DNA of 64,000 nt, taken from positions 3,200,001 through 3,264,000 of the forward strand of contig CBDFLE010000006.1 of the NCBI GenBank assembly GCA_965248925.1, given 5' to 3'. Source of the DNA: Candidatus Multivoradales bacterium. GTDB taxonomy: Bacteria > Acidobacteriota > Thermoanaerobaculia > Multivoradales > J023. Made by a program: the position numbers and the translations under genes. Shown here one piece after another: positions 48,119 through 57,320 of the stretch; positions within the stretch are counted from its first letter, which is position 1; every line of letters begins with the position of its first letter. The notes beneath the pieces were generated by a model. It was not told where the DNA came from, searched no databases, and was given only the letters and a program-made list of their open reading frames with translations.

Positions 48119-49267
48119 GTGACCACCAGCAAACAGCACCAGCGTCGAGCCTTTCAGGAGCGGAGCCGCGCCTTTGCCCAAGCTGCCGGTGGCGGCGATC
48201 TGCCGCTGATGCGCGCCCTGATCGCTGAAGATCGCCGGGTCTTGATCCCGGACACCTCACTTTTGGAGGGGTGTTTGCGCGGCCAGGTCGAGGCGGTGCG
48301 ACTGATTCTCGACGAGGGCGTGTCGCCAGATCCGCCGCCGGGCAAAGATGGCAACCAGAGCCGTCGGGCGATCACCCGAGTGGTTCGCCGCACCAAGGCG
48401 GTGCGTTGGACGCCGCGTCACCGTGAGGTGCTCGAACTGCTGCTCGAACGAGGCGCCTCGATCCACGCTTTGCCGGGTTGGGACGGCGCTTCCGGGCTTT
48501 CGGCCGCAGCTTCGGCAGCCAATCGTCAGGCAATCGAGGTGCTGCGCCGCCACGATCCGCAGCCGTTGGATCTGTTCGATGCCGCAGCCCTGGCCGATCT
48601 CGGCCGGGTCGAAGAGTTGCTAGCGAAGAGCCCATCGGCGGCCACTGAAGTGTCGACCGGCGGAGCGACCGCGTTGCAATACTGCGCCCACTCGGCGCTC
48701 GGCACCGACAAGGTGACCGACGCGGCGAATTTGATCGCCATTGCCGAGCGCCTGCTCGACCTCGGAGCGCCCCTCGATCCAGTCGAGCTGGGTCCGCAGA
48801 CGACCTACCCGGCGGTCTACCTGGCCTGCTACTCCGGCAATGACGAGGTGGCCGGGGTTCTGCTGCGGCGTGGCGCCGAGCCGGGCTACGTGTTGCTGCG
48901 GGCCTTGGTGGCTGGGCGGTCGAGGGTTCTCGAACAGCTGGCGAAGCGCCGGCCAGAACTCGACCTCGACCTGCCGATGGAGGATCGGCGGCGCAGCCCG
49001 CTGGTGGTCGATATGGTGCGCAGCGGCCAGCTGCGATCGGCTAGATGGTTGGTTGAACAGGGTGCCGATCTGACGGCCAGCGATAGCGAGGGCAGCACCG
49101 CCTTGCATCTTGCGGCCCAGCGGGGCGCGGCAAGCGATTTTCTGACCCTGCTGATCGAGCATAGCGCGCCGCTCGGGGCAGTGGACGCCGCGGGCCGCTC
49201 TCCCCTCGATCTGGCGCTGCGGCGGCGCCAAGGGCCGGCGGTCGAATTGCTCCGGTCTCTGGCCTGA
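48119..49267 (+). CDS. Ankyrin repeat protein
   Basis: GATALQY, GSTALHLAA, GRSPLDLA and L..GA repeats. Confidence 0.88.
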   Translation: MTTSKQHQRRAFQERSRAFAQAAGGGDLPLMRALIAEDRRVLIPDTSLLEGCLRGQVEAVRLILDEGVSPDPPPGKDGNQSRRAITRVVRRTKAVRWTPRHREVLELLLERGASIHALPGWDGASGLSAAASAANRQAIEVLRRHDPQPLDLFDAAALADLGRVEELLAKSPSAATEVSTGGATALQYCAHSALGTDKVTDAANLIAIAERLLDLGAPLDPVELGPQTTYPAVYLACYSGNDEVAGVLLRRGAEPGYVLLRALVAGRSRVLEQLAKRRPELDLDLPMEDRRRSPLVVDMVRSGQLRSARWLVEQGADLTASDSEGSTALHLAAQRGAASDFLTLLIEHSAPLGAVDAAGRSPLDLALRRRQGPAVELLRSLA

Positions 49268-49273
49268 GATGAT

Positions 49274-52129
49274 CTAGCGGCTCGCGATCCGTTGGAGCAG
49301 CAGGTCGGTGGTCTCGCGCACCATTGGGTCGGGCTCGCCCTCGGCGGCTCGATGGATCAACTCAAACAGCGATTCGTGTTGGCGATCAACAATGAAGTGC
49401 AATGCGGCGGCACTCCACCAGGCGGCGTCGGCGTCGCCCACCGGGCGCTGCCACACCAGGCGTTCCAAGGTCTTGCGCAGCGATTCGGCGCGCAGACTGA
49501 ATTCTCGCTCCGCTCGGCGGTGACGTTCGTGCCGCGGCAGGTCGTCGATCACCGTCAGCACCTGCAGGCGGGCTGCGCCACGCAGCGTATTGTCGAGGTA
49601 CTCCAGGGCATGGCAGCGCAACCTGGGCTGAGCACAGACCAAGGCTTGGTGGGCGGCGCGAATGTCCTTGGGGTCGCCGAGCAGAGCGAGCAGGCCGAAA
49701 AGATTGTCGAAGTGGTCGTTCATGCGGTCGGCGAGGAGTCGTTCGAGCAGATGGGGGCCGGCACTATCAGAGGTTCGCGGCCAGGTCACCACCGGGCCGT
49801 TCAGCGGCAGCTCGCTACCGGAGATCGATTCGAGGTCAAGAAGGCGCCGCAGATAAGAGCGAGCTTCGATCTTGAGTTGCATCTCTAACAACTCGTCGGG
49901 TTGCCCCAGCTCGCCTTTGGGCAGCGCCCCCAGAGCTTCGATCAACTTGCGACGCAGAAATGGATCAGTGGCTGAAAAAGAGCGGCAGAGAGTGTCTGCC
50001 GCCGCCGCGCCGCCGATCTGTGCCACCGTCTTGGGTAGTGCCCGGCGTACCCAAATCTCCTCGTGGCTGTCGTTGAGGAAGTGCTCCAACGCCGGCAGGA
50101 TGGTCGGGCCGTAGGCTACCAGGGCGGCGCGCGAACTGTGTTTTAGCTGCCGCTGGTGCAGATGGGAGGTCAGGATCGGCACGTAGAGGGGATTGCGGGC
50201 GCCCCGCTCGACGCGCTTCGAAACGGCGTCGATAGCAGCCAGCACCACTGTCGGTTCGGCGTCATAGAGAAGTTGCACCAAGCCGGCTTGGACATGTGGA
50301 TCGTCGAGGCTACCCAGGGCGTCGGCTGCCGCCTGGCGGATTCCACTGTTGCCGTCGCCGAGCATCTCGCGGAGGGCTGAATCGGCCAGTTGGCGGCTCA
50401 GCGGATCGGGCTGGCTGGCCAGATAGGCGAGGGCCGCGGCGCGCACTCGTACGTCGCCATCGCGCAGCCGCTCCCGCATCAGGGCGCGAGCATCTTCGGC
50501 GGCCAGGTCGGCGAGGACTTGAGTGGCGGTGGCGCGCACCGTCGGGTCGCCGTCGCCCAGCAGACGTTCGATCAGTGGCAGAGCGTCGCGGCGCTCGGCA
50601 TCGCGTAGCACTAGTAGGGTTCGGCGGCGCACCGCGGGGTCTGGATGGTGCAGCATCAGTGGGGTGACCAACTGGCCGCGACCGTGCGCGGCGAGCAGTT
50701 CCAGGCTGTGCAGCACGCGGCGCGACTCGCTGCTGCCAAGGCCCTCGACCAGCACTTCAAGGGTTGCGGAGTCGGTCAGGTCAAGGTCGGCCGGCCGAGT
50801 TTTGGGAGCTGTTGGCAGGCCCTCGCGAAACAGTTGAACGTAGCGCCGCCGCAGGGGCCCTAGTAGCGCCAACCAAGCAGCGATCCACAGCAGGCTGAGC
50901 CAGGCGGTAGCTTCGATCGACAACCAACCGAAGGTGACAGCGAGCAGTGCGACGGCGGCCGCGCCCTTGGCGAATCGTTGCACAAAGACGTCGATGAACG
51001 CCTTGGCCCGAGCGCGGCCGGCCTCCGGGAGGGGCATGAAGAGCAGCTCTCGGGTTGCTTGATCGAGGGAGTAGCGCAGGCCGTTCTCGGAGATCTTCAG
51101 CCACCACACCGCGGGTAGGACCAGGGTAGGAGCCACCAGCGCGGCGCAGATCAAGAAGATAGTGCCAAGGCCGTTGGATAAAGGCAGAACATAGAGTGCC
51201 AGGCGAACTCCGTGCCGGCGATGCATCAGCCCGGTCAGCAGCAGTTGGCAGAGCAGGGCGGCAATTCCGGTCAGGCTGTAAAGGTTGCCGAAGGCCGCGG
51301 TGCGCTGGTCGAGGTTGCTGGTGCTGGTCTCGATCACCCAGGAGAGTTGTAGATCGATCACCTGTGCGACCATTGTCGCCAGCAGCACCAATCCGGCGAG
51401 TAGCCGCAGATAGGAGGAGTGGCGCAGCAAAGCAAGGCCGCTGCGGGCCTCGGCGAGGCTGTCGCTAGAGGGTTGCGCTGGCGGCGTGGTGGGGCGCTTC
51501 TCGGGCTGGCGAATAGACCAGGCGCACGCCGCCGCGGCCAACAACCAAGCGATGGCGACCCAGAGGGCCGAACGGGTGTCGAGCAGGGCACTGGTCCAGC
51601 GTGCCATTTGACCGCCGACGATGCCGCCCAGAATGCCCCCAGCACCAATTGCCCCGAACAGCCTCCGTGCCTGTCGCGGGTCGAGCAGCAGACCGGCCCA
51701 GCACCACAGCTGGCTGACCAGCAACAGGCCGACGATGGCGATCCACAGGTAGAAAAGCAAGCTAGGCCACTGGCTGTCGAGTCCCAGCGCCCACCAGAAG
51801 AAGACCAGACCGGCGGCCACTCCCAGGCTCGAACCGAGCAGCAGCCGGCGCGGGCCGAAGCTCTCTGGTGAACGTGTGTAGAGTCGTAACAGGGGATAGG
51901 AGCACAGCGCCGCCAAGAGATAGACCCAGGGCAACTGGGCCGCTCCCAGGGAGTCGACAAAAGTAGCTTGACGGACCGACTTGGCGACGTATTGGAAGCT
52001 CAACAAGCAGAAGTGGAGAGCGAAGAGGCGCCACAGCAGACGCCGCTCGTCAGTGCGAACGTCGAGCTTTAGCCAGCCGAGCCAGCCGCTTGATGGATGG
52101 CTGTGGGGCGATGGTTTGGGTGGAGGCAT
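49274..52129 (-). CDS. Npt1/Npt2 (TLC) nucleotide transporter-like MFS domain fused to HEAT repeats
   Basis: About 12 TMs with AKSVRQATF, PRQARRLFG, RYSLDQATRELLF, RAKAFIDVFVQR; then D..VR..A HEAT repeats. Confidence 0.85.
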   Translation of the reverse strand: MPPPKPSPHSHPSSGWLGWLKLDVRTDERRLLWRLFALHFCLLSFQYVAKSVRQATFVDSLGAAQLPWVYLLAALCSYPLLRLYTRSPESFGPRRLLLGSSLGVAAGLVFFWWALGLDSQWPSLLFYLWIAIVGLLLVSQLWCWAGLLLDPRQARRLFGAIGAGGILGGIVGGQMARWTSALLDTRSALWVAIAWLLAAAACAWSIRQPEKRPTTPPAQPSSDSLAEARSGLALLRHSSYLRLLAGLVLLATMVAQVIDLQLSWVIETSTSNLDQRTAAFGNLYSLTGIAALLCQLLLTGLMHRRHGVRLALYVLPLSNGLGTIFLICAALVAPTLVLPAVWWLKISENGLRYSLDQATRELLFMPLPEAGRARAKAFIDVFVQRFAKGAAAVALLAVTFGWLSIEATAWLSLLWIAAWLALLGPLRRRYVQLFREGLPTAPKTRPADLDLTDSATLEVLVEGLGSSESRRVLHSLELLAAHGRGQLVTPLMLHHPDPAVRRRTLLVLRDAERRDALPLIERLLGDGDPTVRATATQVLADLAAEDARALMRERLRDGDVRVRAAALAYLASQPDPLSRQLADSALREMLGDGNSGIRQAAADALGSLDDPHVQAGLVQLLYDAEPTVVLAAIDAVSKRVERGARNPLYVPILTSHLHQRQLKHSSRAALVAYGPTILPALEHFLNDSHEEIWVRRALPKTVAQIGGAAAADTLCRSFSATDPFLRRKLIEALGALPKGELGQPDELLEMQLKIEARSYLRRLLDLESISGSELPLNGPVVTWPRTSDSAGPHLLERLLADRMNDHFDNLFGLLALLGDPKDIRAAHQALVCAQPRLRCHALEYLDNTLRGAARLQVLTVIDDLPRHERHRRAEREFSLRAESLRKTLERLVWQRPVGDADAAWWSAAALHFIVDRQHESLFELIHRAAEGEPDPMVRETTDLLLQRIASR

Positions 52130-52346
52130 TTTCTGCTGCAGCTTATCGAGCCAGGCTGGTTCGGTCGCTGATGGAACTACGCGCCAAGTCGCTCGGCGTT
52201 GCGTCGCATAGGTGGTGGCGAGGTAAAAGGTGACTTTCCGATTCAGGTATCAGTCAACTAGGTTGTCAGGAATTCACCTTTTCGTCAGGTAGCATGGGAC
52301 TCCCTTCCCGGTTAGTCGAGTATGTCGTAGGCAAGGAGAATCGACG

Positions 52347-53279
52347 ATGAGTTTGTTGCTGGAGATTTTTGTTTGTCTACTGATCGCGGCGCTCCTGGGC
52401 GGCATCATCGGCTGGTTGCTGCGCAGTTTGAACGCCCGGCGCCAGGTTGAGGAGACCGAGGCCGAGTGGCAGGAGAGGCTGGGAGTGGTGGAAGAAGAGA
52501 GTCGCTCTTTGCGCACCGAACTCAGCGAGCAGATGGCGCGCAGCAAGTTGCTGGACAGCGATCTCTCCACCGCCGACGAGCGGCTCGCTTCGATCGACGG
52601 AGAGCTAGAGGCGGCGCGAGCCGAGACCGAGCAAGAGAAGCAGCGCTGTAGCGATCACCGAGCCAATCTATCCCAGCTCGAAAGCGAGTGGAAAAGCAAA
52701 CTCGGCAAGCTGACATCAACTCGCGAAGAAGCGGTCACCGAACTCGCCGAGCATGCCGCCCTGCTGGGCAAGTTGCGGGCAGATCTGGCGGATCGGGCGG
52801 GCCTGTTGGAGAGGTTGCGCCAAGAGTTGCGCTCGAAAGACGAAAAGCTCGGCCTGCAATCCGGTCAATTGGTCGAGCTGCGGGCTGATTTGGCGGGAGC
52901 CTCGAGCCAAGACCCCTCCGCGGATGGCGAAGTGGCTCGCTTAAGCTCGGCACTCCAGGCTCGGGAGACTCGCCTCGGTGAGCTTGAGATCGCCTTGGCC
53001 GAGTGCCGCAGACAACATGAGACCGCCGAGATCGAGGTGCCGTTGGCCAAATACGGCCTCACCGCGCCACCGGCCGATGGGATCGATGATCTGAAACGTA
53101 TTCGGGGTATCGGCAAGGTACTAGAGAAGATGCTGCTCGGACTGGGGATCTACAAGTTCCGCCAAATCGCAGCTTGGAATGAGCAGGATATCGAAGTGGT
53201 CTCGGATCGGCTCAACGCCTTCCACGGTCGCATCAGCCGCGATGGCTGGGTCGACCAGGCGCGGCAGTTGATCGACTGA
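52347..53279 (+). CDS. Membrane-anchored coiled-coil protein with a C-terminal helix-hairpin-helix domain
   Basis: N-terminal TM, long heptad region, DDLKRIRGIG...QIAAW...RDGWVDQA. Confidence 0.8.
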   Translation: MSLLLEIFVCLLIAALLGGIIGWLLRSLNARRQVEETEAEWQERLGVVEEESRSLRTELSEQMARSKLLDSDLSTADERLASIDGELEAARAETEQEKQRCSDHRANLSQLESEWKSKLGKLTSTREEAVTELAEHAALLGKLRADLADRAGLLERLRQELRSKDEKLGLQSGQLVELRADLAGASSQDPSADGEVARLSSALQARETRLGELEIALAECRRQHETAEIEVPLAKYGLTAPPADGIDDLKRIRGIGKVLEKMLLGLGIYKFRQIAAWNEQDIEVVSDRLNAFHGRISRDGWVDQARQLID

Positions 53280-53301
53280 GTCGCGTCTACCTCAGCGGCT
53301 G

Positions 53302-53905
53302 CTAGTGCTCGGCGGCGGGCGGTTCGGCGCGCAGGCGTTTGAGGTTCTCGCTGAGGAGAACCCTGTCGGGCTCCAGTTCGAGTCCCCTCTCTAGGGCTGA
53401 AATGGCCGCCTGCCGGTCGCCCATCAAGAAAGCTACGTTAGAGCGGTACTGCTGCACCAGGGCAAGTTCGGGCGCTTGCCGCTCTGCCTCATCGAGCAAT
53501 CTCTGTGCCTCTGGGGGTGGCCGAAGAGATGGGAGGTCGAATCGGTGCCTTCGATGTAGATCATGCCCAGGTCCGGCTGCTCCGTCCGCCACAGCTCGAG
53601 GCCGATGTCGCGATAGCTGCCGGCGGTGGCGTAGGCCCATTTGAAATGCCCCAGATCGTTCTCGAAATCAAACGGCTGCTCAAACTTTTCGCGGCTGACG
53701 TCGATGAAAGTAGAGAGTTCTTGCCAACTCAGATCGCCGACCGGCGGACCAGCGGGGCGATCCGTTCGATCAGTTCTGGCGGCCAGGTCTTGGCTTCTTG
53801 ATCCGAGCCGCCGGTGAAACCTTCGCCGAAGAGGAAGTGATAGGCGGTATGGTCGCTGACTATCGCGCCTTTGACTTCCTCCGGTGGCCAGGTCGCCCAC
53901 CAATT
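53302..53905 (-). pseudogene. Remnant of an alkaline-phosphatase-superfamily (phosphodiesterase) plus TPR gene
   Basis: Three frames carry WWATWPPEEVKGAIVSD, PDLGMIYIEGTDSTSHLF and a TPR-like tail; no intact 5' end. Confidence 0.7.
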
Positions 53906-53985
53906 TCGCTGCATGTCAGTCACGCTATGTCGAAGTGTGGGGCGGGTCAAGCCCACCCCGGTGGGTCGATGCGATCAATCAGTGG

Positions 53986-54013
53986 CCAACCGTTGGCCGG
54001 TACCGTCGTCTAA
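53986..54013 (+). promoter_or_regulatory. ECF-type promoter, probably autoregulatory and leaderless
   Basis: CCAAC - 16 nt - CGTCTAA; ATG 7 nt after CGTC, no RBS. Confidence 0.65.
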
Positions 54014-54017
54014 ACCC

Positions 54018-54587
54018 ATGATGCGAGACGAAGCCCAACTGATCGAACGTGCCCAGGCGGGCGACCCGAACGCATTTCGCCAGCTGGTGGAGGCACACAG
54101 CCGAGATACCTTTCGCTTGGCTTTTCGCCTCAGGGGTGATCATGCGTTGGCCGACGACATCGTCCAGGACAGTTTCCTCAAGGCCTACCGGGCGCTCGCC
54201 CGTTTCGATGCTCGCAGTCGTTTTGGCACCTGGCTGCACCGCATCACAGCCAACTGCGCCATGGATCAGTCGCGCCGCCGGCAGCGTGAGAAGGCCCGCT
54301 ACCAGCCGCTCGAAGACCCGTCGCAGCACCTCCCAGTTGAAGCCGAGCCCGGGCCCGAGAGGCGTGCTCGCAGCAACGAGATCCAACAGCGGGTGGAGGC
54401 GGCATTGGCCGGGCTCAGTCCGGCGGAGCGTACCGCCTTTGTGCTGCGCCACTACGAGAACCAGTCGATCGCTCAGATCAGCCACACCTTGGGTGCCGGT
54501 GTCAGCGCTACCAAACACGCTGTTTTCAGGGCGGTCAAGAAACTACGCCGTGAACTCGGACCGCTGCGGGAGCAAGGCTATGCATGA
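54018..54587 (+). CDS. ECF RNA polymerase sigma factor
   Basis: GDPNAFRQLV, ADDIVQDSF, FGTWLHRI, region 4 KHAVFRA. Confidence 0.93.
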   Translation: MMRDEAQLIERAQAGDPNAFRQLVEAHSRDTFRLAFRLRGDHALADDIVQDSFLKAYRALARFDARSRFGTWLHRITANCAMDQSRRRQREKARYQPLEDPSQHLPVEAEPGPERRARSNEIQQRVEAALAGLSPAERTAFVLRHYENQSIAQISHTLGAGVSATKHAVFRAVKKLRRELGPLREQGYA

Positions 54588-55380
54588 GATTTCCGAAGAA
54601 GATCTGATTCTGTACTACTTCGGCGAGGCTGAAGACATGGCAGGCATCGAGCATCGTTTGCGCCAGTCGGGGGCGGATCGGGCGCGTTTTGAGGAATTGC
54701 GTCAGTTGCTCGAAACGACTCGCGAAGTGGCCGTGCCTGAACCGCCGCCGGATTACGGCGAGCATCTGTGGCAGAGGATCCAACCGCGCCTGGCCGAGCT
54801 CGAGCCGCAGCCCTGGTGGCAGGGCCAGCGCCGCCCGCGGCGCACCATCCAGCCCGTAAGGCAGCGCTGGATGGGTCTGGTGGCAGCCGTGGTGGTGGTC
54901 GCCGTGGCAGCTTTCTGGCTCGGTCGCCAGCTGGGCCCGACGCCCCTCGGGACTGAGCCCAGCATGGAGAGCGGTGCCGCTCAGGCTATCTTGGTGGCCG
55001 CACTGGTGGAGCATCTGGAGAGTTCCAGCCGCCTGCTCGTCGAACTAAGTAATAGCGCCGCGGACTTTGGCGGGCGAGATCTTGGGGTCGCCATCGAGCG
55101 CGCCGACGATCTACTGGCCGAAAACCGGCTCTACCGGCTGGCTAGTAGCGATCAGGCCAGCGCCGGCCTAATAACTCTGCTCGATGCTCTCGAACGCCTT
55201 TTGCTCGACCTCCGCCACGCCTCGGCGGTGGATCCAGCGCGGACTCTAGAACACCTCCGCCAGCGTATCGACAGCGAAGACCTACTTTTCAAGCTGCGAG
55301 TGAGCAGCGCCCGATTGAGCCCCTCCACGGTTCGCTTTTCCCAAGGAAAAAAGTCGGCTACATCTAAAGCCGATGTCTAG
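54580..55380 (+). CDS. Putative anti-sigma factor (one TM)
   Basis: Overlaps the sigma stop; N-terminal anti-sigma helices, TM, NRLYR helical periplasmic part. Confidence 0.8.
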   Translation: MHEISEEDLILYYFGEAEDMAGIEHRLRQSGADRARFEELRQLLETTREVAVPEPPPDYGEHLWQRIQPRLAELEPQPWWQGQRRPRRTIQPVRQRWMGLVAAVVVVAVAAFWLGRQLGPTPLGTEPSMESGAAQAILVAALVEHLESSSRLLVELSNSAADFGGRDLGVAIERADDLLAENRLYRLASSDQASAGLITLLDALERLLLDLRHASAVDPARTLEHLRQRIDSEDLLFKLRVSSARLSPSTVRFSQGKKSATSKADV

Positions 55381-55396
55381 ATAGGAGATAGGAACG

Positions 55397-56635
55397 ATGA
55401 AAAGAAACTACTCTCAACGCTTTGGGTCGATGATGTCCATCGGCTTAGTCTTGAGCATCTTCGGGCTTGCCCTGCCTATTCTGGCATTGAGTGAAGAAGG
55501 TCTGGCTGCCGATACAGAAGCTCGTTCTGACGACCTCTACCGTGCCGGTCGCGACGCTCTCGAGGCCGGTGAGTGGCAGTCGGCAGTCGGCCTCTTCAGC
55601 AAGGTTGAAGAGAGCGGCAGCCATGCCGACGCGGCGCTTTACTGGATCGCCTATGCGCAACATCAAGGGGGTCGCGAGGAGCAAGCCCTGCGGACTCTCG
55701 ATCGCTTGCGCGAAAAGTCCCCCCAAAGCCGCTGGCTCGACGACGCCGAAGCGTTGGAAGTTGAATTGCGCGGCGTCGGCGAGGGGACAATCGATCCCGA
55801 TATCTTCGACGGCGACGAACTCAAGTTGTTGGCGCTCAACAGCCTGATGCATACCGATTCCGAGCGCGCCCTCGATCTACTCACCGGCATGCTCGAAGGT
55901 GATCATTCGCCGCAGCTCAAGGAACGCGCTCTTTTCGTGCTCAGTCAGAATTCATCGTCTCGGGCGACCAAGCTTTTGGCCCAGATCGCCACCGGCGGTG
56001 TCCATGGTGGGTTGAAAACCCAGGCGGTGCGAATGTTGGGGATCAGCGGCGGCGGTCGCGCGATCGAGCTGTTGCAGCAGATCTATCGCGACACGGCCGA
56101 CCCTGAAGTGCGGCGGGCAGTGCTCGAGAGCTACATGATCGCTGGTGCGGGGAAGGCGCTGGCTGTTGTAGCGCGTAGCGAGAAGAACCTCCAACTACGC
56201 CAACAAGCTATCCGTCTACTCGGTGCGAACGGCGATATGGGCTTGCTGGGTGAGCTCTGGTCCAATGACGCACCGGCGCCGATTCGGCAGTCGATTCTCG
56301 AAGGAATGATGATCGCTGGAGACCACGCTGGCTTGGTCAAGGTTGCTCTTCGCGAGTCCGATCCGGAGCTGCGTCGACACGCGATCGAGCTTCTCGGCGC
56401 GGTCGGAGGCAGTGAAGTCAGCGCTGCTCTGAGCCGCCTCTATCGGCAGAACACCGACCTCGAGACCCGCCGCGCGGTGATGCGGAGTTGGATGATCAGC
56501 GATGATGCCGAATCCCTGGTCAAGGTGGCCCGGAGCGAGCAGGATCCACAGCTGAAGCGCCAGGCGGTCGAGCTTCTGTCGGTGATGGATCAGCCGGAGG
56601 CTCGCGACTATATGTTGGAGCTGCTGGGGCAATGA
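55397..56635 (+). CDS. Secreted TPR plus HEAT repeat protein
   Basis: Signal peptide; ADAALYWIAYA TPR; repeated P.L...A...L HEAT units. Confidence 0.85.
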   Translation: MKRNYSQRFGSMMSIGLVLSIFGLALPILALSEEGLAADTEARSDDLYRAGRDALEAGEWQSAVGLFSKVEESGSHADAALYWIAYAQHQGGREEQALRTLDRLREKSPQSRWLDDAEALEVELRGVGEGTIDPDIFDGDELKLLALNSLMHTDSERALDLLTGMLEGDHSPQLKERALFVLSQNSSSRATKLLAQIATGGVHGGLKTQAVRMLGISGGGRAIELLQQIYRDTADPEVRRAVLESYMIAGAGKALAVVARSEKNLQLRQQAIRLLGANGDMGLLGELWSNDAPAPIRQSILEGMMIAGDHAGLVKVALRESDPELRRHAIELLGAVGGSEVSAALSRLYRQNTDLETRRAVMRSWMISDDAESLVKVARSEQDPQLKRQAVELLSVMDQPEARDYMLELLGQ

Positions 56636-56669
56636 GGGGGCACAGACGAAGGCGCGGCGCGTTGATCTA

Positions 56670-57311
56670 GTGCCGGTTGGCCTGATCTTGGTGTTGATCA
56701 TCCTGGCCGCGAGCGCTGCCGCGGAGCCGCCGCCGATAGAGGGCGCAGAGCTTGAGGTGCGGGCGGCGGGCGAGCTAGCGCCCACCTTGGACCGGGCATT
56801 GGCCGCGACTACTGAACCCTATTGGGTTGGCTGGTCGGTGCCGCGACTGGCAGGAACCGACACCATGTGTTGCTTCGACGGTCAACATTGGGGCTGCTCG
56901 CTCGATGGCAAACACCGCGGCCGTTCAACTCTCAGACGCCCCGATCCACCGTTGCACGGCCGGCTGGTGGTGTTGGCGCGGGCAACCGCGGTGGGTGGCA
57001 GTCGCTGGTGGGTGGTTTCCTCGGACTGTCCACTCGCGGGCGCGGGACAGCGAGTGGTGTGGCTCGAGGGCGCCGCGGTGGCCGACAGTGTCGCGACACT
57101 GGCCGCTTTGCTCGCCGATCGGCGGCACCAAGAAGCCTTGCCCGCGCTAGCCTGGCACCCTTCGTCTCGCGTCGATCCGCTACTCGAACAGTTCGCCGCC
57201 GAGGGAGTTACCGAGCGGTTGCGCCGCCAAGCCTTCTTCTGGCTCGGCGAATCCGGCGATCCGCGGGCGCTTGATTTCGTCGCCCAGGTCTTGGCGGTCG
57301 ATGGTCCTTGA
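56670..57311 (+). CDS. Secreted HEAT-repeat-associated protein (short form)
   Basis: Signal peptide; WVGWSVP, CC/C motifs, RRQAFFWLGESGDPRA C-terminus. Confidence 0.65.
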   Translation: MPVGLILVLIILAASAAAEPPPIEGAELEVRAAGELAPTLDRALAATTEPYWVGWSVPRLAGTDTMCCFDGQHWGCSLDGKHRGRSTLRRPDPPLHGRLVVLARATAVGGSRWWVVSSDCPLAGAGQRVVWLEGAAVADSVATLAALLADRRHQEALPALAWHPSSRVDPLLEQFAAEGVTERLRRQAFFWLGESGDPRALDFVAQVLAVDGP

Positions 57312-57320
57312 GGGTGAGTC

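Noticed and set aside
49274-52129. NTT as proof of an intracellular energy parasite
   Set aside because: The HEAT-fused form occurs in free-living bacteria and differs from the stand-alone chlamydial/rickettsial carriers
54049-54579. N-terminal extension of the 443-aa ORF
   Set aside because: Overlaps the ECF sigma; anti-sigma-like sequence begins at ATG 54580
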